Assembly: GCA_951406725.2 (NCBI GenBank)
Contig: OX597818.1
Coordinates: 8,246,001 to 8,310,000, forward strand
DNA length: 64,000 bases
Direction: 5' to 3'
Origin: Octopus vulgaris
Taxonomy: Eukaryota
A model generated the notes under the pieces. The model saw only the letters and a list, made by a program, of their open reading frames with translations, was not told the origin of the DNA and searched no databases. This document shows, piece by piece, positions 12,601 through 25,534 of this stretch. The translations under genes and the position numbers were made by a program. Numbering within the stretch: position 1 is the first letter of the stretch; each line of letters begins with the position of its first letter.

Positions 12601-13590
12601 TATATCCTTAAGTGCAAGCCGGATTTTACCAATTATTTTCATGTTTTGGTTAGAGTTGCGGATTTTAGGTAGTGTATCACGTTCATCCTTGCTGGTTTCT
12701 TTAATTTTCAGCCATTCAATCATGATTTGATTTTTTAGCTCATGTAGTAATTTTGGGTCAATATTTGTGTGACTTTCTTTATCTATTTGATGTTCATCTG
12801 TCTTAGTGTTTATGATTGGTTCAGGGAGTATTTCACTTTGCCTATCACTTATACTAAATCTTTCAATCCTTACTTCGTTTTTATCAGCCTTGGGCTGGTC
12901 TATAATTATTTCCTCTGTATTATCTTCTCTAGCTGTAGCGTCGTTCATTTTATCCGATATTGCTTGTCTAACTTGATCAATCTCTACTTCAGTCAGTAAT
13001 TTTTTTTTTATAATGTTTCTTCTGACGTTGGCAAGTTTGTTACTGTCTATGTAGGGTCTTACTCCAGGGTGTTTCTGTCTCCAGTTTAAGTATGTTTGTA
13101 CAGTGTTAGATTTATCTATGGGGAAATATATAGCATGGCAGAAGGCCTCAAGAACTTCTTTATTATCTTCCCTAGACCATTTTCCTTCTTTTTCTTTTGA
13201 TTATTTGGTGACGAGCATGGATGGCCATCTGTTGGGATATTCCGGTTGTGGGGTACGTCCAGCTCATGTGTGTTGGGAAGATTTGATCCAGTAGCCGATT
13301 TTTCAATCAGAATTTGGTTCAATTTTTGGGTACGTGGTCTTTTGTAGTCCGCTCGCAATTACCTTGAAACTATAGTCCGTATGTAGTACTCGGGTCTTGG
13401 AGGGAGGATGACCTCCCTTTGCAAATAACACAAGGGCACTGAGATAGTGTCTAAAGTCCTTCTGGTGACGTTGATCGCCTGGGGCTAAAGGCATCAGTAA
13501 CATCCCCCCCTTTCCAGTGGCTAGCCACATTCAGATGGCTAATACCCCTTACGTTGTCGAGTGGTTACTGTTTATATCTCGTTCAGAGAT
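9620..13590 (-). mobile_element. R4/Dong-clade non-LTR retrotransposon (copy A), apparently full length but inactivated
   Basis: ORF pieces carry RT motifs (KSPGKD, NYRPITCL, EQKGC, GIFQGDSLSPLLF, YMDDLKLF, YKYLG), CCHC finger CRVC..ETIDHVVSEC, RHDR and REL endonuclease RPDI..LIDMTVP. (AAT)n flanks both ends (9599-9619, 13591-13602). Confidence 0.92.
9822..13300 (-). pseudogene. Disrupted single ORF of copy A (RT + zinc finger + REL endonuclease)
   Basis: Collinear fragments at 13116-13358, 11626-12948, 10895-11509, 10220-10849 and 9822-10202, separated by stops, frameshifts and small deletions. Confidence 0.9.
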
Positions 13591-13602
13591 TTATTATTAT
13601 TT

Positions 13603-13769
13603 GTCTTGAAATTGTTTCTTGTTAACACAACGTTTCGGCTAATATACATTCAAGCCTTCATCAGGTGTCTTGGGAAAATTTTGAACCTTGATTCTCATTC
13701 TTAAGGCATTTTCGATATTGTTGTTTTTATTATTATTACTATTATTATTATTATTATTATTATTATTAC

Positions 13770-13845
<76 letters not shown>

Positions 13846-13898
13846 TTATTTATTTTTTTATTCCGATCACTGCCTGGAATTTTGGGGTTAGTAGCGCG
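13603..13898 (-). mobile_element. tRNA-headed short element with internal (AAT)n and hammerhead tail (copy 1, 5'-truncated)
   Basis: The - strand reads GCTACTAACCCCAA..TTCCAGGCAGTGA, then (AAT)n, then ATCGAAAATGCCTTAAGAATGAGAA..CCCAAGACACCTGATGAAGGC..GCCGAAACGTTGTGTT; homologous to 13907-14155 plus 17689-17930. Confidence 0.8.
13624..13669 (-). ncRNA. Minimal type I hammerhead ribozyme with intact core
   Basis: GACAC-CUGAUGA-A-GGCU-(loop)-AGCC-GAAA-C-GUU-GUGUU: stem I GACAC/GUGUU, canonical CUGAUGA (13658-13664) and GAAA (13633-13636), palindromic AACGUU in place of stem III as in dimerising PLE hammerheads. Confidence 0.8.
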
Positions 13899-13906
13899 GT
13901 TATTAT

Positions 13907-13988
13907 TAGTGGTTAAAAGCGCGGGCTACTAACCCCAAGATACCTAGTTTGATTCCAGGCAGTGACCTGAATAATAATAATAATAATG

Positions 13989-14023
<35 letters not shown>

Positions 14024-14078
14024 TAATAATAATAATAATAATAATTATTATTATATAATAGTAATAATAATAATAATG

Positions 14079-14155
<77 letters not shown>
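13907..14155 (+). mobile_element. tRNA-headed short element, copy 2, 5' part (head + (AAT)n), interrupted by Dong copy B
   Basis: TAGTGGTTAA (A-box-like), GGG-CTACTAA-CCC anticodon-like arm, AGTTTGATTCC (B-box-like), then (AAT)n; inverted relative to copy 1. Confidence 0.75.
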
Positions 14156-14156
<1 letters not shown>

Positions 14157-17100
14157 TGGAGTACACGGAATCAAGACAGTAGGCCCTATTTGGACGAGAA
14201 CAAATTAGCAAATGTGAGGAGGGATATCCTTAGAAATAACAGACTCACAGACAGTGAAATAAGCGCGATCAAGCACGCAACGGAAAATGACATAAATATA
14301 AGACACAACGGAAGTGAAGAATCAGATGAACAGTATAGCCCGCCACGAGGCTTAATTGAAAGACTGCCATCTGACCAAAGTACGCAAAGGCCTGAAGATA
14401 CAAGAAATTATATTGTACCTGTTAAAGATAGCCAGGAAAACGAAAAAACAACAGTAACTGAAGATCTCGCATTTGCTGAAGAACACAGAGAGTCTATGGC
14501 AGAAATGAGGCAGAAAATCATGAATACGCTTGAAGTTGTAAGACATACAAGTATGAATGATAGAGAATCACTTCATAAACTCTCAAATACAAACCAAAAT
14601 AAAAAAAACAAATCCAAATTGGCAACTATGTAACAAATGAAATAATACGAGAATTAAAACCTGATTTTACTGAGGTAAATGAAATTATTTACGCTTCTGC
14701 TAGGGCAATTGAAACCAGCTGTATGCCCCCGAAAAAACAAAGAAAACAAAACCTGGGAAGAAATCAACCCTTGAGAAGTAAAATTGAAAAAGAGATTGAA
14801 TTTATGAGAGGGGAAATATCAATATTAAATGAACTAATATGTGGAAATGATGTAAGATCCAGAACAGGAAGAAAGATGAAGAGAAAATTTGGATCCTCAC
14901 CAAGAGAAGAACTGATATCAATAAAAGAAACGCTGAAACAAAAAGTCCAAGCAAAAGCCCAAAGAATACGAAGATTTGAGGAGAGAAACAAGTTTTACAA
15001 GCAAAATAAGCTGTTCACATCCAATGCCAAAAAATTTTACAGAGAAATAGGGAAGGAGAAAGTAACCGTTAAAGACCCCCCTCCCATGGAAAAAGTTCAA
15101 ACTTTTGGAAAAGGATTTGGAGTGACAAGAAGACGTACAACATAAATGCAGACTGGATTATACAAACTGAAGGATCCTACCAAAATTTACAACAACAAGC
15201 ATGGGTAGACATCACAATAGCAGACCTAAGAAAGGCACTCACGAAGTCCCATAATTGGAAATCCCCCGGTAAAGATAGGGTGCCGAATTTCTGGCTCGCA
15301 TCGCTCCCATGCGCACACAGTAAGTTAGTTCAGCTGCTCAATGGAATTATGAGAGACCCAAAGAAAACACCTGAATGGTTAGCAAGTGGCATTACTTACC
15401 TACTCCCAAAGAATAACGAAACCAACCTTCCAAAAAACTATCGGCCTATAACCTGTCTATCCACCACGTATAAAATCATAACATCTATCCTGGCGGAAAA
15501 AACATATGCATTCATGGAGAAGAACGATATTTTCCCCATTGAACAAAAAGGGTGCCGCCGAGGCTCTTACGGATGCAAAGATCAACTGCTAATCAATCGT
15601 ATGATCCTTGAGTACTGTCACAACAAGCGCAGAAATCTCAGCACCGCATGGATTGACTACAAAAAGGCCTTCGACAGTATACCGCATCCATGGATCTTGA
15701 GATCGCTGGATATCTTCAAAATTTCCCCTGTGATTTCAAACTTCCTGTAGCACAATATGTCGTTGTGGAATACGAATCTCCAATTATACCACTCTAATGG
15801 AGTACTTGCCTCAGAAAATATAAACATCAACTGTGGAATGTTTCAAGGTGACTCACTTTCACCTTTAATATTCTGCATAGCCCTAATACCACTTACAAGT
15901 GAATTAAACAGAACAGGGTATGGGTATAAAATTGCCAATAAAAAAATAAGCCATCTATTTTATATGGATGACATAAAACTTTATGGTAAAGGCAATAATG
16001 AACTTGAAGGCCTATTGTGCACCGTGAAAGCATTCAGCGATGACATCGGGATGGAGTTTGGACTAGAAGTGTGCCAAGGCCACTTTCCAGAAAGGGAAAG
16101 TGAAGACCACAAATTGAGCCGTGTTAGATGTTGACACTGTCATTAGAGAGCTTGAGCAAGAACAAACATACAAATATTTAGGGATAAATGAAGGCTCTGG
16201 TATTCAGCATGCAAGGATGAAAGAGAAAATCAGGAAGGAATGTTATAGGAGAGTTCGTGCAGTCCTGAAATCTGAACTAAATGCACGTAACAAGGTGTTA
16301 GCAATAAATTCCTTAGCAGTTCCAGTTGTTACTTATAGCTACAATGTGTTGAACTGGAATATGAGTGAAGTAAAGAATATAGATAGAAAAATACGCAAAC
16401 TGCTGAGTTGTAATAGGATGCACCACCCAAAGGCAGACGTAGATCGCCTTTACCTTCCCAGAGCCCAAGGAGTTCGAGGCCTGATCCAATTTGAACTAGC
16501 TTACAAAACAACCACAATTAGACTGGCCAAATATCTCGAAATATCGAATGACTGGATGCTAAAGCTCGTGGAAAATCACGAGAGACGAAAGAAGCTTCAT
16601 TCTATCATAAAGGAAAGCAAAATATTTGCTATTGATCTCGTGCAGGATACCCAAATTGAACAACCAGAGGGAAGTACGGCAACTATTGTTGCAAAGAAGG
16701 TGAAAATGATGGCAATGAAAAAAGCGCACGAGCAATTGGCTGATAGGTGTGAGGAGAAACCTCTGCACGGCAAATATGTGACCCGCAGCAAACAAGCTGA
16801 TGTTGACCAGAAGCAAACCCATCAGTGGCTACGGAGCTCAGGGCTAAAAGCAGAGAGCGAAGGTCTCATCCTGGCTGCTCAAGATCAAAGCCTATTAACC
16901 CGGAACTACCAGGCCAATGTGATGAAAAATGGAGCAGACCCAAAATGCCGATTCTGCAACGACATGATTGAAACAGTGGACCACCTAATCTCTGGATGTA
17001 AAGTCTTAGCACCAGTGGAGTATAAATTAAGACATGACAGAGTTGGCCAATATCTCCACTGGCTAATAAGTCGGCATTACAATATCAAAAGTGCCGACAA

Positions 17101-17512
17101 GTGGTATAATCACCACCCTGTGGCTGTAACTGAAGGAGAAAATGTAACCATTCTGTGGCACTTTCCAGTACATACAGACCGAACCATCAAGGCCAATAAA
17201 CCAGATATTGTTGTGAAAGACCAAAACAATAAAGTTTGCTTATTGATCGACATGAGGATCCCCTGTGATCATAATATCTCAGCGAAAGAGTTTGACAAGC
17301 TCAGAAAATATAAAGACCTACTCATTGAAATTGAGAAAATGTGGCATCTCAAGGCGGTTACAATACCAGTGATCGTAGGAGCACTAGGAATGATCAAGAA
17401 GGGAACCGAAAATTATATGAGAATGATCCCTGGCTTACCATCCCTGCAAGAAGTGGAAAAGATTGTCTTAACTGTTACATCACACGTATTGAGAAGAGCA
17501 TTGTCGATGTGA
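14156..17512 (+). pseudogene. Disrupted ORF of copy B
   Basis: Fragments to 14633, 14723-15145, 15280-15750, 15757-16134 and 16121-17512; frameshifts near 14620, 15105 and 16070 and a TAG at 15748-15750. Confidence 0.9.
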
Positions 17513-17688
17513 GAACTGTTGCTGCTCATGTATTTTAATTAAACTTTAAAAAAAAAAAAAAAAAAAGTGAACGAACTACTGAGTTTGGTTTAATGGCCTA
17601 CCAATGCATACTATGAGTTTCTTTGCCCTAGGAGTCGGGAAGACACTCGGCAAGAAATGGAAGCAAATTTGAAAGAAGAAAAAAAAGG
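14156..17688 (+). mobile_element. R4/Dong-clade non-LTR retrotransposon (copy B), 5'-truncated, a different family from copy A
   Basis: Starts mid-ORF (W..RPYLDENKLANVRR, matching an internal segment of copy A); RT motifs with YMDD at 15961-15972; CRFC..ETVDHLISGC, RHDR, KPDI..LIDM; (AAT)n on both sides. Confidence 0.93.
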
Positions 17689-17930
17689 TAATAATAATAA
17701 TAATAATAATGATAACAGCAACAACAGCAACGACAATAATAATAATAATATCAATAATAATAATAACAACAACAACAACAACATCGAAAAATATCTTAGG
17801 AATGAGAACCCAGCTTCGAAATTTCCTTAAAACACCTGATAAAGGCTGGAGGGTATATCGGCAGAAATGTTGTGTTCACTACAAACATGATGAGAACAAA
17901 TATCCGTCAATTGTAACTAATGTTCATAAT
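17689..17930 (+). mobile_element. tRNA-headed short element, copy 2, 3' part with degenerate hammerhead (17831-17876)
   Basis: (AAT/AAC)n, then ATCGAAAAATATCTTAGGAATGAGAACCCAG..AACACCTGATAAAGGCTG..GAAATGTTGTGTT, matching the tail of copy 1; core mutated to CUGAUAA. Confidence 0.8.
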
Positions 17931-18083
17931 ACCTCATGTATTAAATATAGAACCGCATTATCGTTTAAAAATTTGAAATGTTTTCAAGAAATTAAGAATT
18001 TTTCGCTTGAATTAAAATTTTAAGGGCAAAGGGACTTTATATTCTTAGATACACTAGCCGACCTATGCATGGACATAGTATTA

Positions 18084-18139
<56 letters not shown>

Positions 18140-18149
18140 CATCTATCTA

Positions 18150-18192
<43 letters not shown>

Positions 18193-18236
18193 GTTTAAAT
18201 ATTGGCTAAACTGGCAATATGACCATTCCGAAATAT

Positions 18237-18294
<58 letters not shown>

Positions 18295-18682
18295 TAGAAG
18301 TAAATGTCATGAAACTTAACATTAAAACATTTATCTATTTTAGCCGAACAAGAATTATTTTCCTAGGACATGCAAACATATACTTCACATGAAACGTAAA
18401 TAAAGGCTCATTCCTCGAATATCTTGATATTACTCAATCTACGTCTACATTCCATCTAAATATATAAAAGAAATATATAAGAAATTTCAAGAACATCTAT
18501 ATTGACAAGACTATATATTTTGTTAGTTTGCTTCCAATTGTCTTACAATTGTTAATGCATGTGCATAAAATGAGTGTGCGCGTGTTTGTGTCTACATATG
18601 TATATATATATATATATATATATATGTATCTCTCTCTCTATATATATATGTATGTATATGTGTGCATATATGTATGAATAAA

Positions 18683-18753
<71 letters not shown>

Positions 18754-19616
18754 GTGTGTGTGTGTGTATGTATGTATGTATTTATGTAATTATGCTAGAT
18801 GCCATCGAAGGAAAATAAGCACAGAGAAAGATATATACGAGAAACAAGATTTATAAAGAAATCGAATGTACAAAAAGTATAAGAAAAGTACGCAGCTTTT
18901 AGAAAAAGGCTAATGTTATTAACGGAACATATTGAATCCCAGAAACTGAAGTGTAAACTTTACTCATAGTTATTTCTTTTGACAGAATTTACCTGGAAAT
19001 ACTTACTCTTAGACATCTCGGAATCAGAAAAGCTGTCTCAGAAATAGTATGCAGTATTAGAAATCTAGAAGAAAATGGAAAAAACAAAAAAAACTTATTG
19101 AATAAAAGACGCATATAGCCTTTCTTAGAAAATGATTTTCATTTATCTTTCGACATTAACTGGAGCATTTTCAGTGAATCTTTCTTATATACATGCAAAC
19201 ACCCATACAAATGTACACACACTCAAACACACACACACACTCATGCGCACACACACTAAAGCGCACACACACAGGCACATGCAAACACTAGCACAAATAA
19301 TTCAGAATGTATATCGAAATGGATTCTAAATGGACTGAAAATATAACATCTACGTCTGATAATCCAGATTATATGATAATTATTAGTTTTTGGGCGATTT
19401 GTTATCATTATTGTGACACTAAATATATTTCTACATAAATATATTATATTTGTCTAATACTGGCAGGGAGAAATCATCTTAAACTAAGTAAGTATTTTTT
19501 CAATAAATGGTTTATTAGCATTATTGTCATCCACCTACTCTCCTCCCTCTTCACTCTCCACCTTCTATGTACCACAATCATTATTGTAGTAGTAGTAATA
19601 GTAGTAGTAGTAGTAA

Positions 19617-19673
<57 letters not shown>

Positions 19674-19772
19674 GAAGACGAGGAAGAGGAGGAGCTGTAG
19701 TAGTATGTAGTCGGGCTAGTTGTGGTTTCGTTTTTATTTGATACAGCAAAAATTCTAGTGTAAATCACACAG

Positions 19773-19856
<84 letters not shown>

Positions 19857-19859
<3 letters not shown>

Positions 19860-21935
19860 TAAAACTTAGATAAAACTTAGATATGTTTCGACCAGAGATT
19901 GGTCCAGGCCATGTCTAACTTAATAGCACCACCTGATAGGATTATTCGAATCCTGTTTAAGTCAAGTTTTGTTCAAGTAGTGAGTTCTTGTTGGGTGAGT
20001 TGTATCCAATTATGGGTGGCTTATCTGGTATTCTTTGAAGGAATCTATCCAGACTCTGTTTGAAGTTGATGGGATCCTTTTCCTCTTTGATCTCCCTCGG
20101 GACAATGTTAAATAGGGCAGGGCCTGTTGAGGAAAAGAAATTATGTTGCAGTGTACATGTTTGTTGTAATCTTGAATTTGGCAGGGGACGTATAGCCCGT
20201 GGTCCAAGTCTCGGATGAACCTTGAAGCTAATGTTTAGGTCGTTTGGGCAAAGTTGGCGGTATATTTTCCACATCGTACAAATGATGTACCGCTCACGGC
20301 GACGCTGGAGGGAGTAAAGTTTCAAGGCTTTAAGGCGATCCCAATAGTCGAGAGCAGCCATGCCTTCAATTTGTTTAGTGAGAGCCCTCTGGGGTGACTC
20401 AATTCTGGAGATGTTTTGTCTTGTGTGAGGAGACCACAGTGGGCAGCAGTATTCAAGGTGTGGCCGTACAAAGGATGAAAAAAGTGGTATGATGACACCT
20501 TGTTCTCTGGACAGGAAAGTTCTTAAGATCCAGGAACTCATCCTACGAGCTGTATCGACCTTCTTGTTGATGTGTGCACTTCAACTGAGATCGTCATCAA
20601 CAATTACACCCAGGTCTCTGATATTGTTAGAGGCTGTGAGCGGTTCCCCTGAAGGAAGAGAGTATGGTTGTTTTAGTGAGGAATTTCTTCCAAAATGCAT
20701 CAGCTCAAATTTTCCCTCATTCAGTTGCATTTTGTTTCTGTCTGCCCATTGACTCACAGCATATAGGTCAGACTGGAGTTGAGTTCGGTCTGCTTCATTG
20801 ACGATTTGCTGGAGCTTAGTGTCATCAGCGAATATTTTCACTTTGCAGTGATGTACGCCACTGGAAAGGTCGTTTACATAAATTATGAAGAGTAGCGGAC
20901 CCAAAACAGTTCCCTGGGGAACACCGCTGGTGACTTTTGCTGGGTTTGAGTGGACTCCATCAACTACAACATGTTGTGTTCTATTCGCTAGGAAATACTG
21001 GATCCAGTGTAGAACTTTTCCACGGATTCCAACATTTGCCAATTTTGAGAGTAGGATGTTATGGTCTACCCTGTCGAACGCTTTACTGAAGTCAAGGTAT
21101 ATGACGTCAGAGTTCGAACCTGTTCCCAAGGCTTTGAGTACATCTTCAATGTGGTGTCAGAGCTGTGTTAAACAGTCCCTGCCACAGCGAAAGCCATGCT
21201 GATTTGAATTTAGGAGTTTGTGGGTCTCCAGGAAGTCAGCTATCCTTGATCTTAACACTCTTTCAAACACTTTAATGATGTGGGAGGTGAGTGAGATTGG
21301 GCGATAGTTGACTGCGAGGGACCTGTTTCCCTGTTTGAAAACCGGGATGACCGACTGGGATAGAAACTTTTTCGGTATATAACCTGCGTCTAACGAGTTT
21401 CTCCAAAGGTTGGTCAGAGGGACTGCAAGTTGATATCTACATTCCTTCGGGAGACTGGCGGGAAATCTATCAGGGCCTACAGCAGAGTAATGTTTGACCT
21501 CATTTATTGCTGCTACGATGTCGGTGGCAGTGATGGTTATGTCTGCGATTTTGTGTTGGGAGTCAGCTTCGTTCGTTTCCCTCAAATCAATATCAGTGGG
21601 AACACTGAAGACAGAGCAATATTGTTTCTGCAGTATTTCTGCCATTTCTTTAGCATCGTGTTGGGGAATGCCGTTTCCATCAATCAATGGCCCAATAGGT
21701 GAGACAGTGGTTCTATGCTTATTTGCATAAGAATAGAACACTTTTGGGTTCTGTTTGATGTTTTTGATTACCCATTGTTCCTCCACAGCTCTTTGATTTT
21801 CAATGGAGGTTTTCATGTTAGTCTGCAGATGAAGTTTTTCCAGCTCTAGTCTTTTCACTGTTGTTGAATGTGGATGTTGCGTGTGGGAATATTTTAATTG
21901 GTTGATTTTTTTGTTGAGTCTTTTGATGCGCCTGT
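19857..21935 (-). mobile_element. CR1/L2-group LINE, 5'-truncated (RT and C-terminal region)
   Basis: NYRPISLTS, QHGFR, YLDFSKAFDRVDH, GVPQGTVLGPLLF, FADDTKL, RDLGV, RPHLEYC, YSLQRRRERY. One frame broken by only two TGA stops (21157, 20581). 3' stem-loop GACCA-ATCTC-TGGTC and (TCTAAGTTTTA)2 tail; (TA)n on both sides. Confidence 0.9.
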
Positions 21936-22006
21936 ATATGTATATAAAATTTTAAATTTTATATATGTATATATGTATATATACATATGTTATATATACA
22001 TGTATG

Positions 22007-22050
<44 letters not shown>

Positions 22051-22068
22051 AATATATATACATATATG

Positions 22069-22125
<57 letters not shown>

Positions 22126-23629
22126 ATCACAAAAAGTTATGTATGTACGTATGTATTTGTATACTTATATTACAGCTGCAGTGTACGAAATGATATTGGC
22201 ATGCTTAATTCCTTCGGTTCATTGTATCTTTTTGTAATTTACTAACGTTTTTAAAATTCATCTCAATTTTAAAATTCACCATAAATACCATCGCTGATCC
22301 CCAATCTCATAGTTCTGTCACATTTATATTTTGATGTAATTTTCTGTGTGTTCCATGCTTGTAGGCTCAAAGCATTGCATTGTTTGTTTGTCTGTTTAGT
22401 TGCAGGAGCTACAGGTAGTTAGAATCGAATAAAATTATAAATGGGACGGAGTATCATCCCGACACCAATACTACTGCTATTATGAGTACATATTGTTTCA
22501 TTTTTATTCTATTTGTGTGCCCCTCCTTGAAATAATGCATAACACACGTAGAATTGTACTATTATATTAATATATAAATAACACTAAACTTGCCTACACT
22601 AAAAAACATAAACGGATGTATTTTCCGTATTTATGATTACTTGAAATTCTCCGTGTTCAGTATATTATTCTCATAAAGGCTCTGTTTCTAAATGTAATTA
22701 GGCTTAATTTACCAATTTAATAAATAATAAATAAAAGTTTCTAACATCTAATCTACTTCGGTATCATGTCAACAACCTGCACTAAGTCAACAATTTACAA
22801 TCGGAGATAAACTGTATTAAAATATGTGCAAATTCAACTATCGAATATGCTTTTCATTTTTAATGATGAATATACGCTGAAATATCTGAGAAGAATCGCT
22901 CCTACGGTTATCATTAGTAGGAACTCATCTTCAGAGATGAAATTATGAGCAACATTTACAACAACTAAATCATAGATTATACCCGTCGTCAGAAGTGAAT
23001 CTTTCTTTCTATATCTGAATTCACCTGCCTTTTGCCTATTTTATAGCTACGGGTAAAACATGTCGGTCTGCTGATTTATGTTGTCGCTATTTAAGACATA
23101 GCCTTAATACCTTAAATTTTGACACATAAATAGAGGTGTAAGTCAGTCTGGTGCAACGATCAACACATCCACTCGCTATCAAACATTTGTGTAGATATTA
23201 CTGAATGTTTTTGCTTAATATTTTTTGTCTCTATTTAGAAGTTTATGACAGCCCCAAACTATACAGCTTTAAATATAAGTGATTTTAAATGTTTGGACAT
23301 TTAATATGGCTTTTGTGCCAAGTGAAACAGAAACCTATATTGCACACGTAGAAAATCTTTATTTTGACAATGTCGTAAATTTACAACACTCTAAATGTCT
23401 TTCACATCATCATATAATTTTATTTGTTCGTTTAAGTGGTTTATCTTTTCAACATTATATGATAATATCAGTTGTCATAGGTATTTCTTAATTATCGTTA
23501 TAAAAAATATAAGAGAATATAAATGATCGTATCTTCTAGAGTAAAAGAAATTATGACATCCCACTTTAGGATATTGAATATATATCAAAATATATAAGTA
23601 CATGAAGATATGATTACGATGCTGGTGAA

Positions 23630-23649
23630 GGCGATGATGATGATGATGG

Positions 23650-23714
<65 letters not shown>

Positions 23715-23715
23715 A
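23630..23715. repeat. (GAT)n microsatellite
   Basis: Directly visible; source of the poly-His/poly-Met pseudo-ORFs. Confidence 0.95.
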
Positions 23716-25534
23716 CGACGACAGCGGCGACGACGTGTTTGATGACAAGAATGATAATATTTGTTAATGAAGCACGAGACCAATTATCGGGAGAATATCA
23801 GATGATTGCATCGACTGTAGTATTTTACTGGAACTTTATTTCCTCGACTGTTGTTGGTTGAAAAGAAGGATTGAAACAATACACACCACCAAGCTCATTT
23901 ATGAATTAACAAGTAGGTCCTACTTCTTGAATATATCAAACATGTCGTTGTATGAAAAGACGATTTCGAATTTGAAATGATTTAATCTATGAAGAGGAAC
24001 TGGCAGAGTGCTTCCAGAAAAGAAATCAAATGCTCTACTTATTTTGTCAATCCACAATGACGATAACCATGAAGAATTATGTTTGTCATGACAGCAATGA
24101 TTGTCATATATAAATTTTTAAGAATGAAATCCTACGCCCAAACACAGAAAATTAATTCACCGTGAATTATCTTCTACGTATATCGAAAGCGGCGGTGTGT
24201 AGTCATTATTGTATAGCATGAAATAATTTAGACTTAACCATAGCGGATAGTATCAAATATAAGATTGAGAATGCTAATTCATGACGGACTACTACCAAAG
24301 AGTTGTATTGTGTGAATTTACAGTAAATCTAGTGCACCACAGAAACGGATACTCTGCTGTAAATGAAATGGTTCATGGATAGAACTCAAAAGGATGCACT
24401 ATCCAAAGTTTTAGCCATTGCCATCTCATTTACCTGTCTGTAGAGTCATTATTTTCTACAGTTTCTAAATCGGGTTGTTCAGTTCTTTCTTTATTATCAT
24501 TCTTTAATATCATTTTCAGTTAAGAATATATTTACAGAAATTCTCTACATTATCGTAAATCGTTGTTTATGTAGACATTGTTGGCGAGTTCTATTCACTT
24601 AATCAACTAAAGAATGAGTACAACTTTACTTCTAATATCTACACTCTAATCATTGCCATTGTCTTGACGCTGTTGCTTAGCTCATTACTGCAGTATTCCA
24701 ATTAAATTGGTTACGCTGATAGATGACACTGAAATTTGTTAATCAATCGTTTATGAAAAGGATTTGGGTCACATGTTCTTTAGTGGGACTATATCAGTAA
24801 TGATGCGTGCAGGGTATATCTCGAGACACAGAATGTAGAATGTATTAATCCTTTCATTCTATTACTATTTGATATTTAAATATTAGCGATGGCAAAAATT
24901 TATACAAAAACATTTAACTCTGCTTCATTCTACTTAGCCATACAGACTTTTAAGATATGTCTAAGAACACTGATGTGTCGTTTTTGTTTTCCTAAGACGT
25001 CGACGGCAAATTGTAAGTCAATTTAGACGTACCTTACAACTCCATTTAGGGGGCTTTAGTATTTCAGCTTTAGTATTTCAGCGGTTAACAATAACAGTAG
25101 GTGAAAATGTCATGCACAGTCTCCTGTGCAAGTTGTTTTGGTTCAAATTCATGTATATACATATGTATATCAGTTATTGTGTGATTTGGGCAGATTTTTA
25201 CATATTCTTTGGTTCAAATGCATGCGTCTTATCACTAAACAATTTCTATAGCTTAACGTTTTCCAGAATGATGAGATATTCATCAGCATAAATTCCACTA
25301 GGCCCACCATTTCATTCGTTTTATTATTTAGACTGCTAGTGACCACACGTTTCCTACATATTCAGCAGATACTAGATTGTTGCACTTGATATCAAGAGAG
25401 CATTCACTATCTCTTATGGGAACATATAGCCAATGTTATGTGTTTATGAAGTTTATGCTTTTTTTCATTTTTTGATGGAAAGACTTCTTAATATTTCACT
25501 GAATTGCTGTGTGTCTCGACGGATCCTTTTGCTG

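Noticed and set aside
9620-17688. Active retrotransposons, a single inverted duplication, or a retron/DGR-type RT system
   Set aside because: Both ORFs have stops and frameshifts, the two proteins are diverged, and the RT-CCHC-REL layout is that of ordinary R4-clade elements.
19858-19920. Hammerhead at the CR1 3' end (stem followed by CGAAAC)
   Set aside because: No CUGANGA box; better explained as the usual LINE 3' stem-loop.
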